Shown in pieces: positions 53,350-64,000 of a stretch of DNA of 64,000 nucleotides. Location: NCBI GenBank assembly GCA_951406725.2, contig OX597818.1, forward strand, positions 109,926,001 to 109,990,000, in the 5' to 3' direction. Below the pieces are notes generated by a model. The model ran no database searches, had not been told where the DNA came from, and worked only from the letters and a program-made list of their open reading frames with translations. Numbering within the stretch: the stretch's first letter is position 1; each line of letters begins with the position of its first letter. The stretch is from Octopus vulgaris (lineage: Eukaryota). The translations under genes and the position numbers were made by a program.

Positions 53350-54475
53350 TGTGTCGTGTAAATAGCGCCTATGTATATGCGTAGGTACAGTCACTGTGTG
53401 TGTCTGTCTGTCTTCGCCCCGGCTGACGTCAATGCACTTGTCATATATATATATATATATATATGTGTGTATTGCGGTGTGTCTGTGTTTGTCCTGAGTG
53501 CTCGGTATTGTGATATTAGTGTGTTTACGTCCCAAATCCACATAGCGATTACGGCAATAGAGACCGATAGCAACCGTACTTGGGCTTACAAAGAATAAGT
53601 CCCGTGGCCGATTGCTCGACTAAAGGCGGTGCTCCAGCAGGCCGCAGTCAAATGGTGTCTGAAACAAAGTAAAAGAGAGTAAAAGAGAATATATATATAT
53701 ATATAAAGATAAATAGATAGATATAGATAGACAGATAGATTGAACTCTGAGTGATGTGGTTGGGAAGCAAAGTGTCTTAAGAAGCAGCGAGAATGTATTT
53801 ATTTATTTCGGTTGTAACATGTGTGTATGTTTAGATCTGTTGTGAATATCAGGAGAATATTAAATAATGCAATTTAGCTGCATTTTCTCTCTGATCAATA
53901 CTTGTGACACACAATCATCCACAAAGTAATGTGGAGAAAAAAAAAAAAGAAAAGAAAAGGAAGCAAAATTCTTCTTTTAGCCGCGAATCATGGAATACTA
54001 TAGAATTAGTATTTCGATAGAAATATCAGTGAGATACGATAGAGAAAAAAAATGCAATAAAATGCTTTTAGTGTAGAATATATTTGGTATCAAGTGTTAT
54101 GTGCGGTGTTCTCACATTGTTCTCACTTCTCATGAAGAATCTCGGATATTATTTATTACATTTGAATCTGAAGAATATATGTAGAACGGTTTCATTCATA
54201 TAAGAGAAGGAAAAAAAAATGCTTTTTTTTGTATTGTTATAGACCAAACTGCAATTAAACAAAAGTCCTCGAAGAAAGTAATCTATATTATTGATTGAAC
54301 TGTGTTATAAGTTAATCTTAAGATCACAATTATTAGAAAGGTCACATTCCATGTGCCGCCCCCTCCTTTTCCATTGCACAATCACAAGAAATATTTAACT
54401 CAATGTCAACCGAAAACTTAATGAATTGATTTAAAAATGACATTTTTTTGTTAAGGTGGATGGTCAGCATTTTTA

Positions 54476-54866
54476 TCTTATATATATAAAGCTGAAGTTG
54501 TCTGTGTATGGCAGGTTTGGTAGCCTTCAACTAACACTCTCTCCTCTGAGACCCTGCGGTGCAAGTTGACCAAAAGTGAGAGTATGATAGAAGAAGGCTT
54601 GCTCTTCCTTCTGTAGAAGATAAAATTCAAATCGGACCATGTTAACACCAAAAATTATTTACATAAAAAAGGTGCTTTTTTTCAATGAAAATCCCTATTT
54701 TTTACGATTTTTTGACTGCTGTGTCGCCATTTTTTGGTGTATTTCAACCAGAAAAATGTTCACTTAAAGAGAATAACAAGCTACATAATGAAAAAGTTTT
54801 ACTTTTCAAAGATTCCAATTCTAAAGGGTTGAAACAAACCCGAGCAACGCCGGGCGATACTGCTAG
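54476..54866 (+). mobile_element. Non-autonomous Helitron
   Basis: a|TCttatatatataaagctgaagttgt start; acccgagcaacgccgggcgatactgCTAG|t end. Confidence 0.8.
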
Positions 54867-55533
54867 TATATTATAAGCACCAATACGAGGCGGCAAGCTG
54901 GCAGAATCTTTAGCACGCCGGGCGAAACTCTTAGCGGTTTTTGTTCTGTCTCACGTTCTGAGTTCAAATGACGCCGGGGTCTACTTTGCCTTTCATCCTT
55001 TCGAGGTCGATAAATTAAGTACCGGTAAAACACTGAGCTCAATGTAATCGACTTACCCCCTCCCCCCAAATTTCAGGCCTTGTGCTTAGAATAGAAAAGA
55101 ATGTATTTTATATTAGTAATTATTCTAAACACCAATATGAGGCGGCGAGCTGGCAGAATCGTTAAAACGCCGGACATATTGCTTAACGGCATTTCGTCCG
55201 TCTTTATGTTCTGAGGTCAAATGCAATCAAGACCCACTTTGCTTTTATCGATAAATTAAGTTCCAGTTGAGCACTGGGATCGATGTAATCAACCAGCCCC
55301 TTGCCCCCAAATCCCAGGTCTTGTACCTAAACGCCAATATTTGGAAGATATATTTACGACACGTGACAGCGTATTTGCATTGCATTTCGTGTTCATGTCA
55401 ATGATTTCGATTCTCACATCATTGTAACTCGCGTAACGCTTGTTCTCTATATTTTAGTCATACCGTTTTTATCCAAATAAGTTGCTGAAAACCATTTGGG
55501 AATGACAAACCCAAATAACAAACGCAGATCCAC

Positions 55534-55566
<33 letters not shown>

Positions 55567-56178
55567 ACGCATACACACTCACAAACGTACTTAACCATGA
55601 ACTTCCGCACCCATGGCATCTTTAGAACCGTTTTTAATTTGCAATCAATTTCCGAAATGTGAGATCAGACAGAGAAGCAAGCAAACAAACGGGGTAAAAA
55701 CGGTGGCATCTAATTGAATGATAGTTTGTTGTGTTGGATGGGGAAAATGAAGGAAGAATTGTGTAATATGTTGGCAGTAACTGTTAGATTTGGAACGTAA
55801 ATTGGTGTAATGTAATTATTAATTTGTGCCGTTGAGAGTTGAACATGTTCTTTGATCAACAGCTAATTGGCAGGTAAATATTTATTTATATTCTTGTAGC
55901 CATGTTCCCTGTTCAATTATTTCCGATATAATTTGTAACACTTAAGTTTCTTAGAAGAATGAGTTCTCTCGGATCCTGTTTTCTTTAACAGCTGAAGAAG
56001 AATGCGAATCACTTGCGGTTAATTGGAATTCATTTTCACCAAAGCTGGAATTTTGGTTCGAATGCGTTGCATCTGAATGAAGGCGTTCAAGAATCAGGCT
56101 AGCTAAAGCGTCGACATGGGTTATTGGACCACAAAGAAGAGCACATACATACACATACATCTACATACATACACATAC

Positions 56179-56265
<87 letters not shown>

Positions 56266-56277
56266 TATATATATAAC

Positions 56278-56745
56278 ACACAAATATGAGAGAGAATCCA
56301 CTATGTGGACGCTCTTACGCTAGATATAGATCCGTAAAGGGACTCAACCACTAAGAACTGCTCGTGTCTCTGACCTCATGTTAATATATAGCGTGCAGTT
56401 CGACAAATTATATTTTATGACGTACTCCACTGATGATCTGAGGATATTTATGTAAGTAAAATTACATAATTTATTAACAGTGAAACAATTGTATGGGGGT
56501 TATTTTTCATTTGTCCTGCTCGCTTACGGTCTTAGTGTGCTAAATTTTTTCTTGAGAACAATTCTTAGTGGTTGAGTCCCTTTGCGGATCTATATCTAGC
56601 GTAAGAGCGTCCACATAGTGGATTCTCTCTCATATTTGTGTATTAATAATATTTACTGAATCTCAGTCTTTTATACGCTAGACCACTGGTGTTTAAATTG
56701 ATGTTATTAAATTAATATCCAATTTTTTCACCCTCATTTTGACTT
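56278..56745 (+). mobile_element. Foldback (inverted pseudo-LTR type) element enclosing a hammerhead
   Basis: 80-bp inverted repeat 56278-56357 / 56562-56641 with one mismatch; hammerhead in the spacer; flanked by (TA)n. Confidence 0.7.
56425..56498 (+). ncRNA. Type-I hammerhead ribozyme with extended helix II
   Basis: CUCCA CUGAUGA U CUG...(UUAUGUAA/UUACAUAA hairpin)...CAG U GAAA CAAUU GUA^ UGGGG: canonical core, perfectly palindromic helix III ACAAUUGU, GUA triplet, 5-bp helix I; the 10.1-11.1 position is an atypical U-U. Confidence 0.72.
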
Positions 56746-56774
56746 TTATATATATATATATTTATATATATACT

Positions 56775-57095
56775 GTTGTGTCTGGGGAGAGTCATTTTCT
56801 TTTCGTGCCTTATTATGTAACACATTCACCGGTAAAATTTCCACGTTTTTCTTATTTTTATTGTCCTAAAATTTTCATTGCGTCTTGAAACCTTTTCAAT
56901 AGTTTTGACTCTTTTTGAAAAGTTTTGAAAAGGTTGCAAGACGTAACGAAGATTTTAGGACAATAAAAATAAGACCGGTGAGTGTGTTACATAATAAGGC
57001 ACACAAAGAAAATGACTCTCCCTAGACACAATAGAATATGCTTCAACACACGAACTCATATAAAGAATCTTGCAACCCAAATCCAGAAACGAAAT
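56775..57095. mobile_element. Second palindromic element of the 36076 family
   Basis: Arms 56775-56898 and 56925-57032 (right arm has a short deletion); followed by MTLPRHNRICFNTRTHIKNLATQIQKR tail and (TA)n. Confidence 0.7.
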
Positions 57096-57096
57096 A

Positions 57097-57140
<44 letters not shown>

Positions 57141-58046
57141 TATATGGGTACAGGACGTCACCAACAGTAAACAACATAAAATACGAAAACAAATGAGTTC
57201 AACGATAGAAAGAAATGGAAAACAGGACAAGTAACACTAAGAACGACCCTTCATCAGTTGCCGGCTGTCTATCTACTCCTCATTTCGAGTACTGAACGAC
57301 AATATGAATCTTCGAAGACAGTTGCTCCCATAACTTGCAGAATAAAATTTGGGATTTCTAGAGGGTCAAAGTTGGGAACAAAAACAGGACAGTGGGGACA
57401 TACAAGGAAACCGAACGAAAACAAACATGGAGGGGCGTTAGACCAGAACGAGAGGAAAATAGCGAACGCTGGAGAAATATTTTCTTTGACAAGAGAAAAG
57501 ATAGAAGAGAGAGAGAGAGAGAGAGATAGGATACGTACACATACACACGCATATATACATATACATACGCACATCTACATACATATATACATTCACGTAT
57601 ACACATACATCCACATGCACCCATATACAGTTGCTCAGGGGCCTGACAGGTTTAGGGACCCAACAGATCTAGGGAGTCCTAGTGGTGATCTATATATGCT
57701 GTGGTTTGCCATCAATAAATACTACAGCCCCTAGTGCATTTGTAGGCCTGGGGGCCTACATTGCTTCTGCTAAGACGGCTCTGCGCATACATGTTATTTT
57801 ATGTGGCGTTCAATAGATTCGTCGACATGTGTCCACGTGACATGTATCTTTACATGTAGCAATTTCAGGAAAGCAACAGCATTTAGGCAATTTGAGAAAG
57901 GAGGAAAATAGCTTTCTCAAAGCGTGCGTGTGTGTGTGCGTATGTCTGTGGGTGCGTGTATGTGCATGTGTGTGTGCGTGCGTATGTGCGTGTGTGTGTG
58001 TGCGTGCGTGTGTAAATGCGTGTGTGCATGCGTGTGTGTGTGTGCG

Positions 58047-58280
58047 TGACATCGTCTCCAGCTGGCTATACGACACGATCTGTGTCCTTATTTTTTCGAA
58101 CCAGAGAATCTCGCCTGCCAACTCAGCTCAAAGAAATACCTGTGTATCGCGATTTCCGGGTTATTACAGCAACATTCGTCCTAAACCAGGACTGCCATGT
58201 TACGTTGGCAAACAATTTTTACTCCACAACAATCTCTGTTTCAACACACGATTTCACATCAGGAATCTCGCAAAATATAT
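58047..58280. mobile_element. Rearranged copy of the 7971 family ending in the shared peptide tail
   Basis: 58047-58125 is the reverse complement of about 8015-8097; 58165-58225 matches 8110-8165; then LHNNLCFNTRFHIRNLAK. Confidence 0.6.
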
Positions 58281-58479
58281 TGATTATTTACTGAATTATT
58301 GCTTTTAAGGCTTGAATTTAAGCAGCCAACAACAAAATATCAGTTTCTTTCTTTAAATAACCACTCCGGACTCACCTGTGCCACGAGCCGTGGTTGTTCA
58401 CGTGTTTAGCATCCCTCTACACCGCCATTCATTGAACCACCTTCTTTTAAGCATTCCTTTTCTTTCACAAACTATGCTG

Positions 58480-59200
58480 CTTTGTTGTGCTTTCTTCTCT
58501 TCAACACAAGAAGAGTGCTAATTATTTGACACAATGGTTAAGTCTGTCTTCTTCATTCTTTGCAAGGTATCAGTTTACTGACCTTTTTTTCTCCAATATA
58601 CAACGAGAAATGCTAAGTTCTCTCTTTTCGATCTTCCGATCTTATGTATAAACGACTGACATTTGCCTTTTGATGAAAAGCTCCATGCACAGCTAGGCCT
58701 TTTTCTCGTTTTTCTATTTAATATTTCTTTGCCATCTTTCATCTAATTCACTATTCCGGCGCAATAATGCTCGATAGTAACCGGTCTTGTGTTCATCACA
58801 TTTATCAAATTCCTCACATTTAGTTTGGACTTTAATACATCCTTTAATCTTTTCAGATATATTGATCTTGCTTTTTCTTTCGCTTCCTGATGCATGAAAT
58901 CTTTGAATTCCAGTTCGCCTAGAAACTGGTGTCCATTGCCATTAGTTTCTAGAACCCGTTCTTCCGACATGTTTATTCCAGGTTGCTCTTTTCCCTTTTC
59001 ATTGTTGGCTAAAGTTGCACATTTTGATATTCTAAACTACATTCCAGTGTCACCTTAACGCACCTTTACTGTTTTAACACGTGAATTGATCTCTTTTTCT
59101 TACTTTGCAAATATCTTTAAGCCAGCCATAAGTAACAGATGATTTAGACAAGGGCATTGCTCTCCAATAGCTTATGTTCTTCCAGATAAGCAATAAACAC
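58480..59200 (-). mobile_element. Degenerate R4/Dong-like (RLE) non-LTR retrotransposon RT fragment
   Basis: LNHLLLMAGLKIFAK (decayed NHLLFMDDLK) and FLGELE...YLKRLKDVLKSKLNVRNLINVMN...Y.AGIV. Confidence 0.7.
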
Positions 59201-59727
59201 GATAACAAATAACAAAGTGTGTGTGGAGGAGAGAGAGTTGCTTTAAAAGCTATTTTATTCTAACAGCTACGTTTCCCAGTGAAGACATGTCCATCATCGG
59301 TTTCATTGTCCAGTGGGTTATGATGAGGTTTGCTGCTTTACCAAAAATTGTCAATCTACAGGAGAGGAAAAGGAAACCCCTATTGTCTACCTTTTTAAAG
59401 TCGACCATGCACAGATCGGTCTGTGTCAATTGCAATTACCAGTTTGTCAATAATTAGTTACTCTCGGTGCTTTTTTAAAATGTTTCCTGCGCCCATTCTA
59501 TCCATTATATAATAATTTGATCTCCATCAAATGTTTGTATGTTCTCTCAAAAAAGAAAACAGAAAAGAAAGAAAAATGCCCGTCACTGATCTCCATAATA
59601 GATCGAAGCTGATGTGATTGGTCAATGAATTTCGAATGCATTTTTTTTCGCTGGACCTTTCATGATCGATGATGTTCGTTTCTCAATCAGCCCTAGGAAT
59701 GAGAACCTAGGTTCGAAATTTCCCCAA

Positions 59728-59773
59728 GACACCTGATGAAGGCTGGAGGGCATATCAGCCCAAACGTTGTGTT
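59728..59773 (+). ncRNA. Hammerhead ribozyme motif, second copy of the 20421 family (G12 to C)
   Basis: GACAC CUGAUGA A GGCUG-loop-CAGCC cAAA CGUU GUGUU, inside a repeat homologous to 20385-20520 (59693-59830). Confidence 0.62.
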
Positions 59774-60856
59774 AACAACAAACAGAGTGAGGACAAATAG
59801 CCATCAAATGTAAATAATGTAAATAATTGCATTTCTATTCAGTCGATTCCTCCAAATTGTCATCTCAGGGTTTCCCTTGTCTTATCCAACCAAAAGCCTC
59901 AAGTGTCCTGGTGCTGCTTTCCTATACTTTATTTACCCTTTTACTTGTTTCAGTCATTTGAATGTAGCCATGCTGGAGCACCGCCTTTAGTCGAGCAAAT
60001 GGACCTCAGGACTTATTCTTTGTAAGCCCTGTACTTATTCTATCGGTCTCTTTTGCCGAACCGCTAAGTGACGGGGACGTAAACACACCAGCATCGGTTG
60101 TCAAGCAATGCTAGGGGACAAACACAGACACACAAACATATACACACACATACATATGTATATATATATATATAGACATATATATGACGGGCTTCTTTCA
60201 GTTTCCGTCTACGAAATCCACTCTCAAGGCATTGGTCGGCCCGTGGCTATAGTAGAAGACACTTGCCCAAGTTGCCACGCAGTGGGACTGAACCCGGAAC
60301 CATGTGGTTGGTAAGCAAGCTACTTACCACACAGCCACTCCCACGCCTGTCCACACAGCCAATCCATTTTTATTATATCTTGCAAGTAAAATCAGTCCTT
60401 CAGGTTCTGCCTTTACTTTGGAGCTTTTGAGCAATCGTTGATTAGACTTTGGCCTATTTCTTCTCTCTTGATTCTAGCTGAGTATTAACTGCGGAATGGC
60501 TTTTCTCTCTATCTCTCTCTTTTAGCATGTTTTGTAATTTGGTTTTCAAATTTTTGCTTTGTCTCTTAACCATTTCTGTTGTGTTGTTATCTAAATTTAT
60601 TCTTTCAATGAAGCTTGTTTCTGCTTTTTATTTTATCATATCCACGTGCATTGAGAAGAGGTTCTTTGCTAGTTTCATTTTTATTTATCCTCTGTTTTTC
60701 ACTCTTTGTTCCAAAGTACTTTCCCCAGTCATGCTGTTGTTATTTCACAGTAGTTTTCTATTTGTACAAAGTCACGCCAACTCTATGTGACGGGGGGGGG
60801 GGGGTATATTCTTAGTTTAGTTATTCCTGTTTTGAGGTGGAGTCATCAGCTCACTC

Positions 60857-60999
<143 letters not shown>

Positions 61000-62052
61000 A
61001 AGGCAGCGAGCTGGGAGAATCGTTAGCGCGCTGGACAAAATGCTTAGCGGTATTTCGCCCGTTGCTAGGTTCTGAGTTCAAATTTCGCCGAGGGTCGACT
61101 TTACCTTTCATCTTTTCGGGGTCGATAAATTAAGTACCAGTTGCGTTCTGGGGTCGATCTATTTGACTGGCTCCTTCTCCAAAAATTTCGAGCCTTGTGC
61201 CTAGAGTAGAAAAGATTATTATTATTATTATTGTTAAGGTGGCGAGCTGGCAGAATCGTTAGCACGCTGGGCGAAATGCTTATCGGTATTTCGCCCGTCG
61301 CTATGCTCTGAGTTCAAATTCCACCCAGCTCGACTTTGTCTTTAATCCTTTTAGGGTCAATAAAATAAGTACCAGTTGTGTACTGGGGTCAATGTAATCG
61401 ACTTCTTCCCCTTCTCCAATTTTAGGCCGTGTGCCTAGAGTAGAAAGAATTATTATTATTATTGAAGATGTCATACAATATATTATATTGTGATGTTGTA
61501 GATCGAAGATATTGTGTCTTCTGGGGTTTTGTACTATCTGTCAAGTCACAGCAAGGACCTCAGACTGACAATACTTTATGCAGTTCCAAGTAAAGCCAAC
61601 TTTTGCAATACACCAAGATCATAGGATTTTTCTAAAGTGTCCATTTGTTTCTTCAGGTTGGGAGGTCTTGTTGTTGTTGTTGTTGCTGCAGCTGCTGCTG
61701 TTGTCATTGTTGTTGTTGTTGTTATTAATAATAATAATAATAATAATAATTCTTTCTACTAAAAGTAAAAAGGCCTGAAATTTGTGGGTAAGGGACTCGT
61801 CGATCACATCAACTCCAGTGCTCAACTGGTATTTATTTTATCGAACGCCGAAAGGGATGAAAGGAAAAGTCTGCCTCAGCGGAATTTAGACCCAGAATAT
61901 AAAGACGGACGAAATTCGGCAAAGCAAATTCCTGATTTGAAGTCGTGTGTTGAAACAGATATTGTATTTCGGGAGGGTCATATTTATGAGTTAGAATAAG
62001 AACAGTAATAAACGAGTGAAGAACGAATATACAATGCGTGTGTTTATTTGGC

Positions 62053-62109
<57 letters not shown>

Positions 62110-62936
62110 GAGACAGAGACAGACAGACAGACCATACCGAAATACAACAATAAATATTATCCCCATTTTCAAAAGTGATGATTTCTAGTTTCGTATAACT
62201 TACATTAACATACCGATCGTCAAAATCTCAGATATTTTAGATTTTAGCCGTAAATCAATCCAGGAATTAAGAAATAATTGAATCAACCGGTTCCTGTTTT
62301 TATGATGTGCAAAAAAATTAATTAATTTACATCAGCAGAAATTACTCAAAGGTGAGGACTTCCACTCCATGAAGGAGACAAAGTCTTTATGTTTCCGAAT
62401 AACAATGAATCTCAGAAAAAAAAAACCCCTCCCCAACACACACACACACGTAAACAAATCCGAGCCGAGTTCTGTTGCTGACGATGAAGGAGATGAAGCT
62501 TGTAAAAGAAAGAAAATAAAACGAAATAAAGCAAATTTATACAATTTCCTACAAGCAATACAAAATATATATGTCGGTCTGATAGGAGCCTTTTGATGGT
62601 TACGGCTGTTTGTGTCAATTATTTTACTGCCATGCATAAATCAGAGCGTTAATTTAGATAAGTTAGAAAATAAAATGAAAAAATTTCTCCCAGATAACGA
62701 AGGAAAAAATATGTGGCAGTGAAATCAATAATGTTATTCCAGTATATTCTAATCTACTTAAAAACTGGGCAACGTTGAAAGTTTCCTATTTAAAGAATTG
62801 TTATTTTTTGCTGTCAAAATCCTACCATATGCCATATATCGTCCAATTAATGACGGAGGGATTTTCATCGACCGAATCTACGCTTCTTCTTTCTGTCGTT
62901 ACTTTTTTAGGTATTTATCACTGCCCCCCCCCCACA

Positions 62937-63006
<70 letters not shown>

Positions 63007-63140
63007 TTATAAATAAGGGCAAAAGAAAACAATTTCTATGCCAATATGCCGAGAATATTTATAAGTTGCTTATAATTTTCACCTTAAAAGGTATTTTTTA
63101 ATATGCTGGCTACTGATAAAATTTTTTGAAAACTTTATCC

Positions 63141-63246
<106 letters not shown>

Positions 63247-63306
63247 GTAAATATATATATATATGTAAATATATATATATATATAATATATATATATATA
63301 TATGTA

Positions 63307-63358
<52 letters not shown>

Positions 63359-64000
63359 TAGCGGTTGCTTCATTCAGTCATTGGACTGCAGCCGTATGGG
63401 ACCATCACCTTGAAGAATAAATCGACCTTAGTATTTATTATTTTATGCCTGGTGCTTATTCTATCGGTTGATTTTGCCGAACTGCTATATTACAGGGACG
63501 TAAACACACCAACGCCGGTTGTCAAGCGGTTGGTGGGGACAAACACAGACACAAAGACTCTCACGCACACCTACACACACACGCGAGCGCGCATACATGG
63601 CGAGCTTCTCTCAGTTTCCGTCAGCGAAATCTACTTACAAGGCTTTGGTCGGTCCGAGGCTATAGTAGAAGACACTTGCCCAAGGTGCCACGCAGTGGGA
63701 CTGAACTTGGAACCATGTGGTTGGCTTTTAGTTCTATTATTTATCAAAAAAGCTATACACAGACACGCACACATATAATGGGCTTCTTTCAGTTTCCATC
63801 TACCAGAACCACTCACTAGGCTTTGCTCAGTCTGAGGTTATAGTAAAATACACTTGTCCAAGGTGCCACGCAGTGGGACTGAACTTGGAACCATGTGGTT
63901 GGCTTTTAGTTCTATTATTTATCAAGAAAACTATACACAGACACACAAACATATACTGGGCTTTTTTCAGTTTCCATACACCAGATCCACTCACTAGGAT

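Noticed and set aside
55951-56160. 69-aa minus-strand ORF in non-repetitive DNA as a second gene
   Set aside because: Starts in a microsatellite, no recognisable homology or partner exons
62195-62920. Possible DNA transposon with ORF 62369-62596
   Set aside because: No termini or transposase motif identified

Overview
AT-rich, repeat-dense eukaryotic DNA; the SINE families and (TA)n/(CA)n/(TACA)n load look like an Octopus (cephalopod) genome, which is recognition rather than proof. One host gene is supported: the last six coding exons (5062-21637, + strand) of a choline/ethanolamine phosphotransferase (CEPT1/CHPT1-like), whose 5' exons with the CDP-alcohol phosphotransferase motif lie upstream of the window. 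The rest is introns and intergenic DNA filled with tRNA-derived SINEs, CR1-group and R4-like LINE fragments, Tc1/mariner, piggyBac and pogo-like remnants, and non-autonomous Helitrons/Helentron. The main unexplained signal is a set of minimal type-I hammerhead ribozyme motifs (best preserved at 41280-41320 and 56425-56498; single-lesion or decayed at about 16443, 20421, 34956, 36172-36243, 56867-56960 and 59728). They sit in foldback or pseudo-LTR elements, and one sits in a tRNA-headed SINE. Several of these elements, plus a Penelope-type endonuclease remnant, end in the same short peptide-coding tail (C-F-N-T-R-x-H-I-K/R-N-L-A) that varies at synonymous positions. This suggests a Penelope-like retroelement with several ribozyme-bearing non-autonomous passengers. 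Almost all ORFs in the supplied track are repeat artefacts.
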